Part shown: in pieces, positions 22,036 through 34,144 of the stretch | Layout of the letters: each line of letters starts with the position of its first letter | How positions within the stretch are numbered: position 1 is the stretch's first letter | IMG/VR virus record: IMGVR_UViG_3300009671_000010 | Location: 47,473 to 111,472 of that record | Strand: one strand, 5' to 3' | DNA: 64,000 nt | Origin: a virus | Taxonomy: Duplodnaviria; Caudoviricetes | Notes under the pieces: generated by a model | The model's database searches: none | Told to the model about the DNA's origin: nothing | What the model saw: only the letters and a program-made list of their open reading frames with translations | Program-made: the position numbers and the translations under genes

Positions 22036-24222
22036 ATGAAAGATTTTAATTATAGTAATAATTTAATAGATATACAAAATCAGCTAATTGCTCAGTCAAT
22101 ACGAGATTCATCTAATCTACAATTAGCTAAAACAGAAGAAGCTATTAAATCTGTCATGCAATCATATATAGATAGATTTAATAAAGTTGGAGGAATGCTC
22201 ACTGATATATCTAAATATATTGTACAAAGTAAAACTTTAATTAAAGTAGATACTTTTAATAAGTTATTTGAAAGTATATATATAGATTTTTTATCATTAT
22301 ATAAAAACTTAGAAACAGTGGATAATATACTCAGTTTAAATCTTAATAGAAATAAACTGTTTTATTTTTCAATTAAAAAGAAAATTCGTGATCTATGGAA
22401 TCAACTTGAACTAGTTGAAAACTCAATACTTACTGATACTAATTCTAGTTCTATTATATATGAATCATTTCAAAATGATATTAACATTAGTAAGAGTAAA
22501 GATATATTTATAGATAAAAAAAATGGAATAATACATTTAAATACTGTAAAAAAACAAGTTATAAATAAATCATTTAATATAAAATCAGTAGTCTGTAATA
22601 CATATCCATCTGATAACATAGATGGTGGTGTTTATTATTCATCTAATACATTAAATTCTTTTAATGAAAATTATTCTAGTGGATCGCATGATTTGTTAGA
22701 AAATGGTTTATGGAAAGAAGAAGTTATATGTAATGATATTCCATCATTATTATTAAATATAGGTTCTTCAGTTCAAAAACTATATAAATCATTCGATGGT
22801 ATAGTCTCAGTTATTGATATTGAATTTGCAAGTAATATATCTTTTAATAGATTTGACATAGATGTATTTTGTGATAGTTATCTAAATTTAGATTCTATAT
22901 TATATAAAAGTTATAATGAAGATACATGGAAATATGTTAAATCAAATAATCAATCTGTTTCTATGAAAAATTTTGATATTATTTCTCAAATGAATATAGA
23001 TATATGTACATGTAGATTTTTAAGAATTGTATTAAATCAAAAAAATTATACCATTCTAACACAATTAAGTGAACCTAGTTTAAATATAGATGAACAAGTT
23101 AAAAAAGATTTATCTGAACGAAGATATGAACTTGTTAAATTTGATAAAAATATATATAATTTAGCAGTTCCTAATAATTCAAATAATATTTCATTATATA
23201 ACAAAATTATTAATGTTATTGAAACTACCAGAGATATTAATAAAATTTTGAATAAGATAGAAAAAATACTTATTCCAGATATTAATGTCTTAAAATATGA
23301 TTATCATAATACTTATAAATATGAAATAGGAGCATGGTCTATTGAACCTATTTTAGAAAAATATACATCAAATACTGGTTTTTTTAAATCATCTGATTAT
23401 TTAATAGATAAAGGTACTCCAATATCGATTACTATAGATACAATTCAGAGTACTCCAGATTTAAGTACATGTAATTGGTATATTACTTATAATAATAAAA
23501 ATATTCCAATCTTAGAAAATAAAAATACATTTAGACGAGAAAAAATAAAAAACTTTGATATAAGCAAATATTTAGATTTTTCATTATGGAATGGTACATT
23601 TATGTTACTTGATTTTCCTGTTGACCCCAGTAAATTAAGTTATATATCAATATATGAAAATGGAATAAAAATGTCTATTAATTATACTGATATTATTTTT
23701 CTCAATTCAAAATTAATATATATAGATAGTATTAGTAAATTTTCTAAACTTGATTATGTAATTGAATATTATACCCCTATTAATAGTTGCGTTAATCTAT
23801 GGGCTCTGAGACCTAATGACACTAACATTTCTAATATTAATGATATTCCATTAGGGGTTGTATCATCCAGAAGAGATTTTTTAGAATTATTCATTAATAA
23901 TGCTAAAATAAATATAACTGGAGAAGAAAGTTATCTATCATCTTTTTTTATTATTGAAAATTTTATAGCATTAAAAGATGAAGCTATGATGTGGTTTGGT
24001 TCTACTTTTAATACTTGTTTATTTATTTCATCTGAATTATTAGAAAAAAATATTATATCATTTGATATAAATTCATATATTACTATTTCATCATCTAAGA
24101 TATCTGGAAATATAAATATAGCAAATGACTATTTAAATAGTAATATAATTTCTTCATGTGACTATAGTTTAATAGGTAGCACATGTAATCTAATTTCTTC
24201 TTTTAATAAGGATATGCTATGA
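22036..24222 (+). CDS. Putative virion protein (paralog family A)
   Basis: N-terminal coiled coil FN.LFE.I..D...LY followed by ESF...FID...GII.L, shared with 24917, 30522 and 34145. Confidence 0.55.
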   Translation: MKDFNYSNNLIDIQNQLIAQSIRDSSNLQLAKTEEAIKSVMQSYIDRFNKVGGMLTDISKYIVQSKTLIKVDTFNKLFESIYIDFLSLYKNLETVDNILSLNLNRNKLFYFSIKKKIRDLWNQLELVENSILTDTNSSSIIYESFQNDINISKSKDIFIDKKNGIIHLNTVKKQVINKSFNIKSVVCNTYPSDNIDGGVYYSSNTLNSFNENYSSGSHDLLENGLWKEEVICNDIPSLLLNIGSSVQKLYKSFDGIVSVIDIEFASNISFNRFDIDVFCDSYLNLDSILYKSYNEDTWKYVKSNNQSVSMKNFDIISQMNIDICTCRFLRIVLNQKNYTILTQLSEPSLNIDEQVKKDLSERRYELVKFDKNIYNLAVPNNSNNISLYNKIINVIETTRDINKILNKIEKILIPDINVLKYDYHNTYKYEIGAWSIEPILEKYTSNTGFFKSSDYLIDKGTPISITIDTIQSTPDLSTCNWYITYNNKNIPILENKNTFRREKIKNFDISKYLDFSLWNGTFMLLDFPVDPSKLSYISIYENGIKMSINYTDIIFLNSKLIYIDSISKFSKLDYVIEYYTPINSCVNLWALRPNDTNISNINDIPLGVVSSRRDFLELFINNAKINITGEESYLSSFFIIENFIALKDEAMMWFGSTFNTCLFISSELLEKNIISFDINSYITISSSKISGNINIANDYLNSNIISSCDYSLIGSTCNLISSFNKDML

Positions 24223-24917
24223 TATTTGTGCCAGATTCATATATTCCATCAACAATATATTTACCATTTTATACATCTCCAAGAAAAAACATTATTAAAT
24301 TAAATGATATTTCTCAGGAGATCGATAGTAATGGAATTAAATCAATAATTCATTTCGACAAACATACTCCATATATTGATTTTTCTAAGTTTAATTATGA
24401 AACGAAGAATTGGTATTGGTATGATATTAATAAATTTATGTATAAAATGAATTATAAATACATAGATAATAAAAAGAAATTTGTATTTGTAAATATTATG
24501 AATGATGATTCAATTGTAATGGATAATATAAATTTATTATGGGATGATATAAAGTATGAATCATATATACTTACTGAAAATAAAACCAGGTTAACAAGCT
24601 ATTCACCTATAGTAATATTATATAATAAAATACCTTTGATTGATTTGACAGATTATAATTTTTTTAAATTAAGAAATCCTGAAGTATTTAATAAATCTAA
24701 TAAATATGAATTCTATTATGATTTTTCATCTAGATGCTATACTAATATAGACTTTGATAATATAGATATTAATAATATAGAAATATGTTATTATGATATT
24801 CATAATATTTTTAATGTTAAATGTGACATGGCGGCTAATAATGGAATGAATGGATATATTACTCCATACATTGATAATTATATGATAAAAATACATACAC
24901 AAAATTCGAGAATATAA
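24219..24917 (+). CDS. Hypothetical virion-module protein
   Basis: ATGA overlap with the upstream gene; ends in TPYIDNY.IK. Confidence 0.55.
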   Translation: MIFVPDSYIPSTIYLPFYTSPRKNIIKLNDISQEIDSNGIKSIIHFDKHTPYIDFSKFNYETKNWYWYDINKFMYKMNYKYIDNKKKFVFVNIMNDDSIVMDNINLLWDDIKYESYILTENKTRLTSYSPIVILYNKIPLIDLTDYNFFKLRNPEVFNKSNKYEFYYDFSSRCYTNIDFDNIDINNIEICYYDIHNIFNVKCDMAANNGMNGYITPYIDNYMIKIHTQNSRI

Positions 24918-26263
24918 TGAAAAACTTTTTTAAAATTAATGGAAAATATATCAATATTTTTAGAAGCAATGTATACAGTAGATTCGTTTCTTCTGATAAA
25001 AAAACAGATACTTCATTTTTAAAGTCATTATTTGATGAAATATATTCTTTATTTTTAAAAATAGGTGGAAGAGTATCAAATAAAAATAATATTCAAAAAG
25101 ATGGTGATTACCCTGATTCAAATAAATATAATAGATTAATTACAGATATCAGTATAGATATGGATAAACTATACACCAGTCATAAAATTATAGAAGATGA
25201 TATTAATAATTTAATTAAGTTTAATTCATATCAAAGAGAACAAATAGAGAATAAAATATTAAATATACAACAATCTTTATTTGATTTACAGATTATTAAT
25301 AAGATAAGTTCCTCGTTAAATGAATATACTGATACATTCGAACATGGCAGTCTAATTGGTTCTGATTCTAAAAATGTTTTTGTAGATGAAAGTAGAAAAA
25401 TATTAACTCTTGATAGCTCTACTACTGCAGATCATTCTATTGATATTGATAATGTTGAAATATTTTTTATAGATAAACCTTTAAATAATAATATATATCC
25501 TGATAATATTGCATTATCTGTAGGTTCTTTTTGGAAAAAGGAATCAAATGATCCACATTTTGTTGATAATAGAAATTTAAATGTAATTAAATCATACAAA
25601 TCAATGTTAATCGATGATCCAAATAATTCCAATGGTATTGGTATATGTGAGTTTGAAGCTGTAGATACATATGATTCTACAGGTGGATTTTCGATGTATG
25701 AATCAATTAAAACATATATTCGTAAAAATTATAATAAACCTAAAATATACATTGATATGTTAAATTCACTGCATAGTAAATATATAAGAAAAGTATATGA
25801 TCCCTATTTTGATAATGAACAAAAATTTAAGGTTGTTATTCCTTTTAATTCTCAACTAAAAACTAATGAAGTTGTAATTGAGTTTACAAATACATATGAT
25901 GGCTACGCTCCCCCGATAATTATATGGGATGAATCAAAATTATATTCAGGAAATACATCTCATAATTTAATACCGTGTAAAAGTTCATCAAATGGAAAAT
26001 ATTCATGTATGATTAATACATTTGTTATACCTGATAGATTGGAACTTGTTATTAAGTATAAATCATCTAGTATTATGTGGAATACCTTCGATTATTATAT
26101 GAGTCAATATACATATAAATCATCATATCTATATTCAAGTATTGAATTAAATGGAATTAGACTTATTATAAATGATGAATGTAATATTTTTGTAGATAGC
26201 GAATATGATGAAATAAAAGAAAAAACACGAGCAGTAAATATTTTAAAAGGAATAAGTAGATGA
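24917..26263 (+). CDS. Putative virion protein (paralog family A)
   Basis: SNKYNRLITDISIDMDKLY...DTF...VFVD...ILTL. Confidence 0.55.
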   Translation: MKNFFKINGKYINIFRSNVYSRFVSSDKKTDTSFLKSLFDEIYSLFLKIGGRVSNKNNIQKDGDYPDSNKYNRLITDISIDMDKLYTSHKIIEDDINNLIKFNSYQREQIENKILNIQQSLFDLQIINKISSSLNEYTDTFEHGSLIGSDSKNVFVDESRKILTLDSSTTADHSIDIDNVEIFFIDKPLNNNIYPDNIALSVGSFWKKESNDPHFVDNRNLNVIKSYKSMLIDDPNNSNGIGICEFEAVDTYDSTGGFSMYESIKTYIRKNYNKPKIYIDMLNSLHSKYIRKVYDPYFDNEQKFKVVIPFNSQLKTNEVVIEFTNTYDGYAPPIIIWDESKLYSGNTSHNLIPCKSSSNGKYSCMINTFVIPDRLELVIKYKSSSIMWNTFDYYMSQYTYKSSYLYSSIELNGIRLIINDECNIFVDSEYDEIKEKTRAVNILKGISR

Positions 26264-29169
26264 ATAGTAAGTTATTATTTGGATATAAAACATCTGTTGG
26301 AACATACAGAGATTCTAGGTCTCTAATATATTCATTACGACATGAAACAGACTACAGTGGTACAAAGGTAGTTATAGATGTATATGAAGATAATGGTAGA
26401 ACATTTAATAAAGTAAGTACAATTGAACCAGTTATTCCATATAGAGTTATGTTAGCAGATTATAATTTATTACATAATGATCCAAGTTTTTTGATAAATC
26501 AACCTATTGATTCAAGTAATAATTTAATATTCAATAGTGGATGTGCTGTAGTAGATGGAAAAATATATTCTACAATATGTTCTAGTAATTCACAGCCTTA
26601 CTTTGAATTCAGTTTTACTAGATCTGGACTACAGAACTTATTAAATAAACAAATTATTATTGAAAAAAAATCTAATGGTTCTGAAAATAAAAAACAATTT
26701 ACGTCTATAAAAGCATATGATTTAAATCCAAGGTTAGGTATCAGAAAATCAGATACACTTGATATACTCGTGCTTTCCTGTGTCACAAGAATTAATATAA
26801 GAAATGATAATGGTATAGATTATGATTATTGTATACCAGTATGTCTAGTGTTTAAAATTGATATATCTTCAATTCCTTCAGGTATTCTTAAGCCCAATGT
26901 TTTTTTTCCAGGTGTATCTAATTATAGGCTTATTAATAATAATTCTGGAAACTATTATATTAATTATAATATTATACCTAAATACACTAATGGTTATTGG
27001 TATAGTGTAGATAAGTATAATAGTTGCGATTGTGATATATATGTTGATGAAAATATTGCACTTTTTACTAGTTACTACTTATTTAAATTTACAACAATAA
27101 TGGCAATAGCTACACAAAAAACAAGAAAAATTCAAACTAATTTATTTAATATAAATCTTACATATTCTGATCAATATTCTGTTGGTACAAAAAATGATGT
27201 AATATCTGTATCATATAAAGATGAAAATGATTCATATATACCAACTAAAATTTCTGTTGTAAATTATAATAATATCACGTATTTAGCATCCACTATTTTA
27301 TCAAAGAATAAATATTTATCATATATTTATTCTATTAGCAATAATAATATATCATCAAGTATACAAAATGATACTCTAAACATAGAGCTTAATAGAGTCG
27401 ATAATAATATATATGCATCATATTTTTCACATATTGATGGATTTTATGTTGGAAATTTTGTTGATATAATAGCAAAAAAAAATTACTGTAGATTTTATTT
27501 AAAAGAAGAAACAACTCAATATAAATATAATAATATACAAATAAAAAATGTAGCTATAGATAAATCTAGAATGGATATATCTACTTTAGAAAAATACTTA
27601 TTGCCAGTAATAAATAATGCTATATATGAACAATCTGCTTATATGTATGTAAAAGATTATATGATGTTTCATTCTCAGAATTACGGATATATATCTTCAA
27701 GAAAGTATTTAATAACTGAAAATACATTTCCCATAAAACTTGTTGATCTGCCAGATGACTATGTATGTACTGCAAATATTAGAAATAATCAATTATATTT
27801 TGTATATGATAATATACCGTTATCTATTAACTCAGATATGTCTATTAAATGGTCTTTATCTGGACTATATAACATAGATAATAAAGATATATCATATATA
27901 AATTTTTATATACCTAATAATAGTGGAATATTTAAAGGTGATATTAATAAAGATAAAACAGTTTATTTTGATTATTCTAAAACTAATATTAATTTAACAC
28001 AGTTTATATATGGAGCTAATGATTTATCATATTGGGCAAAATTTAGCAGTCTGCAAAAATCCAATAGACCCACTGCAAGATTTTATCTTACATATAATGA
28101 TGGAATAGAGAGAAGTATATTAGCTAGTGGTATAGAAACAAATGTAATCGCCAGTAATTATGATACTAATGGTATATTTGATTTGGATATATTTACATCT
28201 ATTGATACATCAAATTTATATGATGGTAATGGATACTCTTTTAATGATATTGGCTTCAGTTTAGATAATGTTAATTGGAAATTAGAAATATATGACTGTT
28301 TTGAAAATCTTTTAACATCAAATAGTGGCGTTATATCACTATCTTTACCTACTTTTAGTGGAAGTATATTATCTTCTGTTACTAAAACAGTATCCGATGA
28401 GCTATTATATAATTGGAATAGAACTGAATATGCACAACTGAAAAATGTAATTGTAACAGTAGATGGTGATAATTCAACAAAATTTAGTTTATCACCAATA
28501 TTAAATGTAAATGATGGTTATTCTGGAGTATATAACATTCCCATTATATCTTATAGTAAAGGTTCTACTGTGGAAATATCATCTAATATATATCTACATG
28601 GAACAAATATGTTTTATAAATATATATCTAATAAAGTTACATATTGTAAAAATCATAAGTATATTATTCAATCAGTAAGTATATATAATGATCTTGTCGA
28701 TATAACTAATAAATTGGGATCATATAATAGATTAAAGATTTATAAACCAGGTGAATCCAATACTGCATTAAGTTGTACATTTTCTATAATTCCAGAATCA
28801 TGGTCATCCAACTCATATCCATATATAAAGAATATATTTTTATGTGCAGTTGATTCAGATTCTATAGATTTAAATGATAAGGAAATAATTAATCAATATT
28901 ATGATCCGAATATTTCTTATGTTAACACGACCTATCCTAACTGTAACTCATCATTTGGAAGTTTGATAATAAATAATTCTATTGTTAATACATCTATTGA
29001 TGTTCTTAACCAAAATAAATATGAACTCAATAATCAAACTTTGGAAGTAGAACTTACAGCAAATGGTGAATATACCTTATATTTAATTATACAAGATGAA
29101 TTTGATCAATACTCATCTTACTGTCTTAATAATATTAATGACTATTTTCATATTCCATTTGGTGGTTAA
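26260..29169 (+). CDS. Large putative virion protein
   Basis: 969-aa ORF, ATGA overlap, SG-rich. Confidence 0.5.
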   Translation: MNSKLLFGYKTSVGTYRDSRSLIYSLRHETDYSGTKVVIDVYEDNGRTFNKVSTIEPVIPYRVMLADYNLLHNDPSFLINQPIDSSNNLIFNSGCAVVDGKIYSTICSSNSQPYFEFSFTRSGLQNLLNKQIIIEKKSNGSENKKQFTSIKAYDLNPRLGIRKSDTLDILVLSCVTRINIRNDNGIDYDYCIPVCLVFKIDISSIPSGILKPNVFFPGVSNYRLINNNSGNYYINYNIIPKYTNGYWYSVDKYNSCDCDIYVDENIALFTSYYLFKFTTIMAIATQKTRKIQTNLFNINLTYSDQYSVGTKNDVISVSYKDENDSYIPTKISVVNYNNITYLASTILSKNKYLSYIYSISNNNISSSIQNDTLNIELNRVDNNIYASYFSHIDGFYVGNFVDIIAKKNYCRFYLKEETTQYKYNNIQIKNVAIDKSRMDISTLEKYLLPVINNAIYEQSAYMYVKDYMMFHSQNYGYISSRKYLITENTFPIKLVDLPDDYVCTANIRNNQLYFVYDNIPLSINSDMSIKWSLSGLYNIDNKDISYINFYIPNNSGIFKGDINKDKTVYFDYSKTNINLTQFIYGANDLSYWAKFSSLQKSNRPTARFYLTYNDGIERSILASGIETNVIASNYDTNGIFDLDIFTSIDTSNLYDGNGYSFNDIGFSLDNVNWKLEIYDCFENLLTSNSGVISLSLPTFSGSILSSVTKTVSDELLYNWNRTEYAQLKNVIVTVDGDNSTKFSLSPILNVNDGYSGVYNIPIISYSKGSTVEISSNIYLHGTNMFYKYISNKVTYCKNHKYIIQSVSIYNDLVDITNKLGSYNRLKIYKPGESNTALSCTFSIIPESWSSNSYPYIKNIFLCAVDSDSIDLNDKEIINQYYDPNISYVNTTYPNCNSSFGSLIINNSIVNTSIDVLNQNKYELNNQTLEVELTANGEYTLYLIIQDEFDQYSSYCLNNINDYFHIPFGG

Positions 29170-29171
29170 AA

Positions 29172-30521
29172 TTGAACGACATAATAATATCATTTGATAG
29201 TCCTTCTAATAATAATTTTTCATTACAACCATATAATATTAATGATGATAATATATATTTTAAAATTATTCCAACATCTACTCCAAGTCTACTTGCAGGT
29301 GAGAGACTGAGATTTGCTGCCATACCTAAAGACACAACTTTAACTAGTGGTGATATCTTTTCATATCTTAGTGAATCTAAAATAAATGATATATCCAGTA
29401 GTGGAATATTTATATATGAATATACATCTAATGATACATCTAATTTGTTTCCAGAATGTTTAATTAAAATATATGATAATACTTTTGAAAATACACAGTA
29501 TGATTTATATTGGACCAGTTTATATAATGGTTTAGAATCAACATATATTAATAACAATAGTGTATATTCAAATATCAGAAATATAAGATCAGATGATGTT
29601 ATAATAACTAGTACTATAAATACAGATTATATAGATTATAATATTAAATACAATGAAATTAATAATGATGATTTGGATTACGGAGAATATGGACCTTATG
29701 TATTAAAAGTAACATATCATCCATACAATATAACAAGTCCTAATATAAGTGGTTATCTGGACTCTTCTGAATTTATTTTTGAAAAAATAGAATATTATTA
29801 TGATGATATTGCTACTGTAAGTGGAATAAATATAGCATTGCCATATTATTTTGATGATAGTAATATACCAGCTGTATATAGATTTGAAATGGCATATAGA
29901 AGTTTAAATGGAAATAACTCAAATATAATATCTAGTACTATGGATCATAGAATATATGATTCTATTCCATCTCAACAATTATCTTCTATTAAAAATATAA
30001 ATACTGATTATGTTATAAAAAGTGGAGATATAAAAATACCAAAAGAAGTTAATCCATATAGAAAAAGATTATCTATTGGCATACAGGACATAGCTATTAA
30101 CAAAAACATATATAATAAAACTGGAACTTATATCTCTAAACAAAAAATACTACCATATTATATGTATACATTTTCTCTTGAAGTAAATGAATATATACCA
30201 GATTATAAAGACATTAACAAATATGACACAGTTAAATATTACATCTCATTTAATGATAATAAATGGATTCGTATTTCACCAATTAATAGAGTAAATGAAT
30301 ATGAAAACGAACAGTTAATTCCAAAATTAATAGTATTTGATAAAGAGATAGATAATAATAATAAATCAGTTTTATATATACCAGAATCAATTAATAACTC
30401 ATATATATATAAAGTGGTGTTTGATTTATCATCTATGGATGATATTTTTGTACCACCTGAAATAAGAGAAATTAAGTGTAATGTATCAGATAGAAATATA
30501 ATTTTAAATAGTGGAGTATAA
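29172..30521 (+). CDS. Putative virion protein (C-terminal module shared with family A)
   Basis: TTG start preceded by GGTGG; C-terminal SIGIQDI...GTYISK...YYISF..WIRISP. Confidence 0.5.
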   Translation: MNDIIISFDSPSNNNFSLQPYNINDDNIYFKIIPTSTPSLLAGERLRFAAIPKDTTLTSGDIFSYLSESKINDISSSGIFIYEYTSNDTSNLFPECLIKIYDNTFENTQYDLYWTSLYNGLESTYINNNSVYSNIRNIRSDDVIITSTINTDYIDYNIKYNEINNDDLDYGEYGPYVLKVTYHPYNITSPNISGYLDSSEFIFEKIEYYYDDIATVSGINIALPYYFDDSNIPAVYRFEMAYRSLNGNNSNIISSTMDHRIYDSIPSQQLSSIKNINTDYVIKSGDIKIPKEVNPYRKRLSIGIQDIAINKNIYNKTGTYISKQKILPYYMYTFSLEVNEYIPDYKDINKYDTVKYYISFNDNKWIRISPINRVNEYENEQLIPKLIVFDKEIDNNNKSVLYIPESINNSYIYKVVFDLSSMDDIFVPPEIREIKCNVSDRNIILNSGV

Positions 30522-33500
30522 ATGAATTATAAATTTAATAATATTGTTAAAAAAATATTTGATAATTTCATTCATGGGGAATATGGTAAACCAGTTATTC
30601 CTACCAAAAATGATATAATGAAAAAAATAAAAGAATATACATCTAATGAATATACTCCAATTTTAAACAATAATAAATTAACTGATTTATCATATAAAAA
30701 TATATCAACAAAATTTGAAGATATTATTGATGATATTGATGTTTTATATTCATCAATACAAGATGAATCAAATGATATTTTAGATCAACTTACTAACTCA
30801 TTAAAAGAATATAATGGGGTTAACAGAGAGATCAATAGAATAAAATCAAATATAAATGATATTAATAATAACAACTACAGAAAATCACTCCATAGTATAT
30901 CATTCACTGAATCATTTAATTCATTAGAAAATATAGATACATCAAGAAGTAATATAGTTGATATTAATGCAGGTATATTTACCATTCAATCAAATAAAAA
31001 TAACATTGTACCTTTAAATCATTATATTGGAAAGAGACTTGATTTTAATATATATGATAATTATTCAGAAGTATTATCCAATGGTTTTGTTGGTGATCCA
31101 GATGTATCAAATATATTGGATAATAATGATTCTAATCAAATATTATATAAAATCAAAACTAAACAACCATCTAGTTTAAAAGCAGCTACTACTATACAAC
31201 TACATCCTAATGGTGATATGATTAATATTAATAAAGTGTCTATAGAAACCGATTCTACAGTTGGTAACGGATCAATATGTTTATATTATATGGATAAGTA
31301 TACATGGAAAATTATTCCAAATTTTGCTATCAAAAATATAGATAAAAATGTTATAATCTATAATTTTTCTGAAATATCTTGTACACATATTAAAATAGAA
31401 TTTATTAAATATATTCCTGATAATTCTGAAACTAATGAATATTATATATTATTAAAAAATATATCAATAGGCAAAGTCAATAATGAAAGCAGTGCTGTAG
31501 TTGTATCTAAACCTATAAATATTAATACTACATCTATTGATAATCTTTCATATAATATAGATAGCGATGTACCAAATGGTTGTAACATAAAAGTATACGT
31601 TACTAGTGATATTAAAATTAATGGTTCATTTAGAGATAATCTAGGTTCACTTACAAGTTCTAACTCTAATAACATATCATCATTTGATTTTAATGCACCA
31701 GGATATGTATATCTTAGTGACATAAAAAATGCTGCTCAGTATGTATCTGGTTTATATTCATATATTTCATCTGATTATTTGTGGAAAGAAATAACATCAG
31801 ATAATACATCTAATACTCCTAATAAAATTTATTTTAATAATACCAATAGCAGTGATAAAAATATTAATTCATTACATTGTTTAAAATATGAAACATATTG
31901 GGGTGACAACAGTTTTTCTGGGGTGTACAGTGATTGGATTATAAGTGGATGGTGTAATGAAAGTAATCCATATTGGTATTATTTAGAACCTATGGTTAGT
32001 AGTGGAATATTTATTTATGGTGATACAATTACTCATAATATATCTGGTGAGCTTATTACGTGGATAGAAGATAGTGAAGGTAATATTAATCCAGAAGTAA
32101 CAACACATCCTTCATATTCTGGTCAATGGTTGGGCAATGGCAAAGGATATCCATATAACTATGCAAGTGGTTCATTATTATATGGAACATCAATAACTGG
32201 TGTTTATGGATGGTGGAGACCATATTCTTATGCAGTTACTCCATCTGGAATAGATGAATATCATGATCTTGATAGAGATGGATATCTTGATCAAGGATTT
32301 TGTAATACAATGCCTGATTTTGTTTTTAATAATAATAATTATTATAAAATTTATTGTTTTGGACATGATACATCAATAATTTCATCGAGTGTTAAATTAT
32401 ATAATTATCAATCTATATCAGAAATCAAATCAAAATATGATAATATTAATAATAAATTTGTATGGGAATATAATAATAATTGGACAATTTTAAATAAAAC
32501 AACAACTATTACCTATAGTTCAGATAATACTGTATGGTCGGGATATAAATTTAAATTTAATATTGGAATGAAAGATTGTGAATTTGTTGATGATCCAATA
32601 GTAGAAATAAGAAAATCTGGTACTAATGTTATATTGCAAAAATCAGAATATACTGTTAGTTTTGGAAAAACTGAATTAGAAATTAATTTCTTAAGACTTT
32701 CTAACAGACTGGAAGCAAATACCGCCAGTTTTGATATTACCTATAGATATAAATTATTTAACACATATAGTTCATCATGGACTGGATTCTTAATAGTATC
32801 ACCTAATATTGATAAACCATCTATTACAATTAATAATTTTAAAATTTACAATACTGATATAAATGGTATTGGAAAAATTGAATTAATTAATGTAGACACA
32901 AATGAAAAAATAATATATAATGAACAAAATAAATTTGATATATTACTTCAAAATATATCAAAAAATTCTAATACTCATTTTAAAATTAAAATTTTTTGTG
33001 CATCAAATACAACAACTGGATTTACAGCATTAAAAAATTCATACGAACCATGGATACCAATAGTAGCAAATGATAATATCAGTATTTCAGATGGTATTAA
33101 AATTGTACCTAAACTATCATCAATAGATATAGTTGATTTTGCTACATTACTATATGATACAACAACTGGAGAAAATGCATCTATTGTTACAGAAGAAGAT
33201 GGATATAAATATCTTGTAGTTAAAGAACCTTCTAAAGACTATTTTCCTGGATACTATTATGATAGTGATTTACAAGAATATAAAAGGTATATAGAATATA
33301 ATGTAAATAATGGTCATTTTATTAGAATGGCATATGATTCATCTGGTAACTTACATAGATATACAACAGGATCATCAGGAAATTATGTTTATAACATAGA
33401 TAACACGATAGATAGTAATTGGAATAATGGAAGTATTTTAAAAGGATATGAAAATTCTAATAATGATTTATACTATAGACATCATTCTACTATCGGTTAT

Positions 33501-33902
33501 CCTTTAAATTTAGAAAAAGATAGTATAATACAAATACAGAAAACATTATTTAAAGGTGATATAGATCCATGTCCATCTGGTGAATATTGGGATGCAAAGA
33601 TAGTAGGATCTAGTAGATGGTTAGAATGGACATTACTTGAAAATGAACAAAAGTTAGAACGAAATATGTCATGGCAAAGAACTAACAGTGTTTATATAAA
33701 TGAAGTAGTTCCTAATAGAGGATTTTTGTTTTATAATACAGCAGAAAATCTTCCTTTATATTACAGTATTTCCTATCTAACATCAATTGAAAGTAATGAA
33801 TCTAATAACTCATTTCTTTATAAGATTGAATTAAATGGGAACCCGTCTGATAATAATGTACCTGTTATTAGATCTATTAATTTTATAATAAATGGAGAAT
33901 AA
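30522..33902 (+). CDS. Large putative virion protein (paralog family A)
   Basis: KFEDIIDDIDVLY...ESF...VDINAGIFTI; GGAG SD; ends in PVIRSI. Confidence 0.55.
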   Translation: MNYKFNNIVKKIFDNFIHGEYGKPVIPTKNDIMKKIKEYTSNEYTPILNNNKLTDLSYKNISTKFEDIIDDIDVLYSSIQDESNDILDQLTNSLKEYNGVNREINRIKSNINDINNNNYRKSLHSISFTESFNSLENIDTSRSNIVDINAGIFTIQSNKNNIVPLNHYIGKRLDFNIYDNYSEVLSNGFVGDPDVSNILDNNDSNQILYKIKTKQPSSLKAATTIQLHPNGDMININKVSIETDSTVGNGSICLYYMDKYTWKIIPNFAIKNIDKNVIIYNFSEISCTHIKIEFIKYIPDNSETNEYYILLKNISIGKVNNESSAVVVSKPININTTSIDNLSYNIDSDVPNGCNIKVYVTSDIKINGSFRDNLGSLTSSNSNNISSFDFNAPGYVYLSDIKNAAQYVSGLYSYISSDYLWKEITSDNTSNTPNKIYFNNTNSSDKNINSLHCLKYETYWGDNSFSGVYSDWIISGWCNESNPYWYYLEPMVSSGIFIYGDTITHNISGELITWIEDSEGNINPEVTTHPSYSGQWLGNGKGYPYNYASGSLLYGTSITGVYGWWRPYSYAVTPSGIDEYHDLDRDGYLDQGFCNTMPDFVFNNNNYYKIYCFGHDTSIISSSVKLYNYQSISEIKSKYDNINNKFVWEYNNNWTILNKTTTITYSSDNTVWSGYKFKFNIGMKDCEFVDDPIVEIRKSGTNVILQKSEYTVSFGKTELEINFLRLSNRLEANTASFDITYRYKLFNTYSSSWTGFLIVSPNIDKPSITINNFKIYNTDINGIGKIELINVDTNEKIIYNEQNKFDILLQNISKNSNTHFKIKIFCASNTTTGFTALKNSYEPWIPIVANDNISISDGIKIVPKLSSIDIVDFATLLYDTTTGENASIVTEEDGYKYLVVKEPSKDYFPGYYYDSDLQEYKRYIEYNVNNGHFIRMAYDSSGNLHRYTTGSSGNYVYNIDNTIDSNWNNGSILKGYENSNNDLYYRHHSTIGYPLNLEKDSIIQIQKTLFKGDIDPCPSGEYWDAKIVGSSRWLEWTLLENEQKLERNMSWQRTNSVYINEVVPNRGFLFYNTAENLPLYYSISYLTSIESNESNNSFLYKIELNGNPSDNNVPVIRSINFIINGE

Positions 33903-34130
33903 ATGAGAAGTATATATCCTGTATCATCACAAGAAATAAACGATATATTATTATCACACTACGAGAATTTAATATATATACTTGGGTATAAAAATAATAA
34001 TGTATTATATTCAGGAGTATACACTATATTAGATAATGTTGTTAATAATACTACTATTGAAGATAAACAACAGTTAATTAATATTTTAAAATATGATTAT
34101 ATATATAAAAAGAATAGTAAAAGTATATAG
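33903..34130 (+). CDS. Small hypothetical protein
   Basis: GGAG SD; abuts the upstream gene. Confidence 0.6.
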   Translation: MRSIYPVSSQEINDILLSHYENLIYILGYKNNNVLYSGVYTILDNVVNNTTIEDKQQLINILKYDYIYKKNSKSI

Positions 34131-34144
34131 ATTTGGAGAAAATA

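Noticed and set aside
87-31723. Short antisense or alternate-frame ORFs within the structural genes (e.g. 1673, 6290, 18657, 29135)
   Set aside because: Fully nested shadows of long genes with no SD or recognisable motifs.
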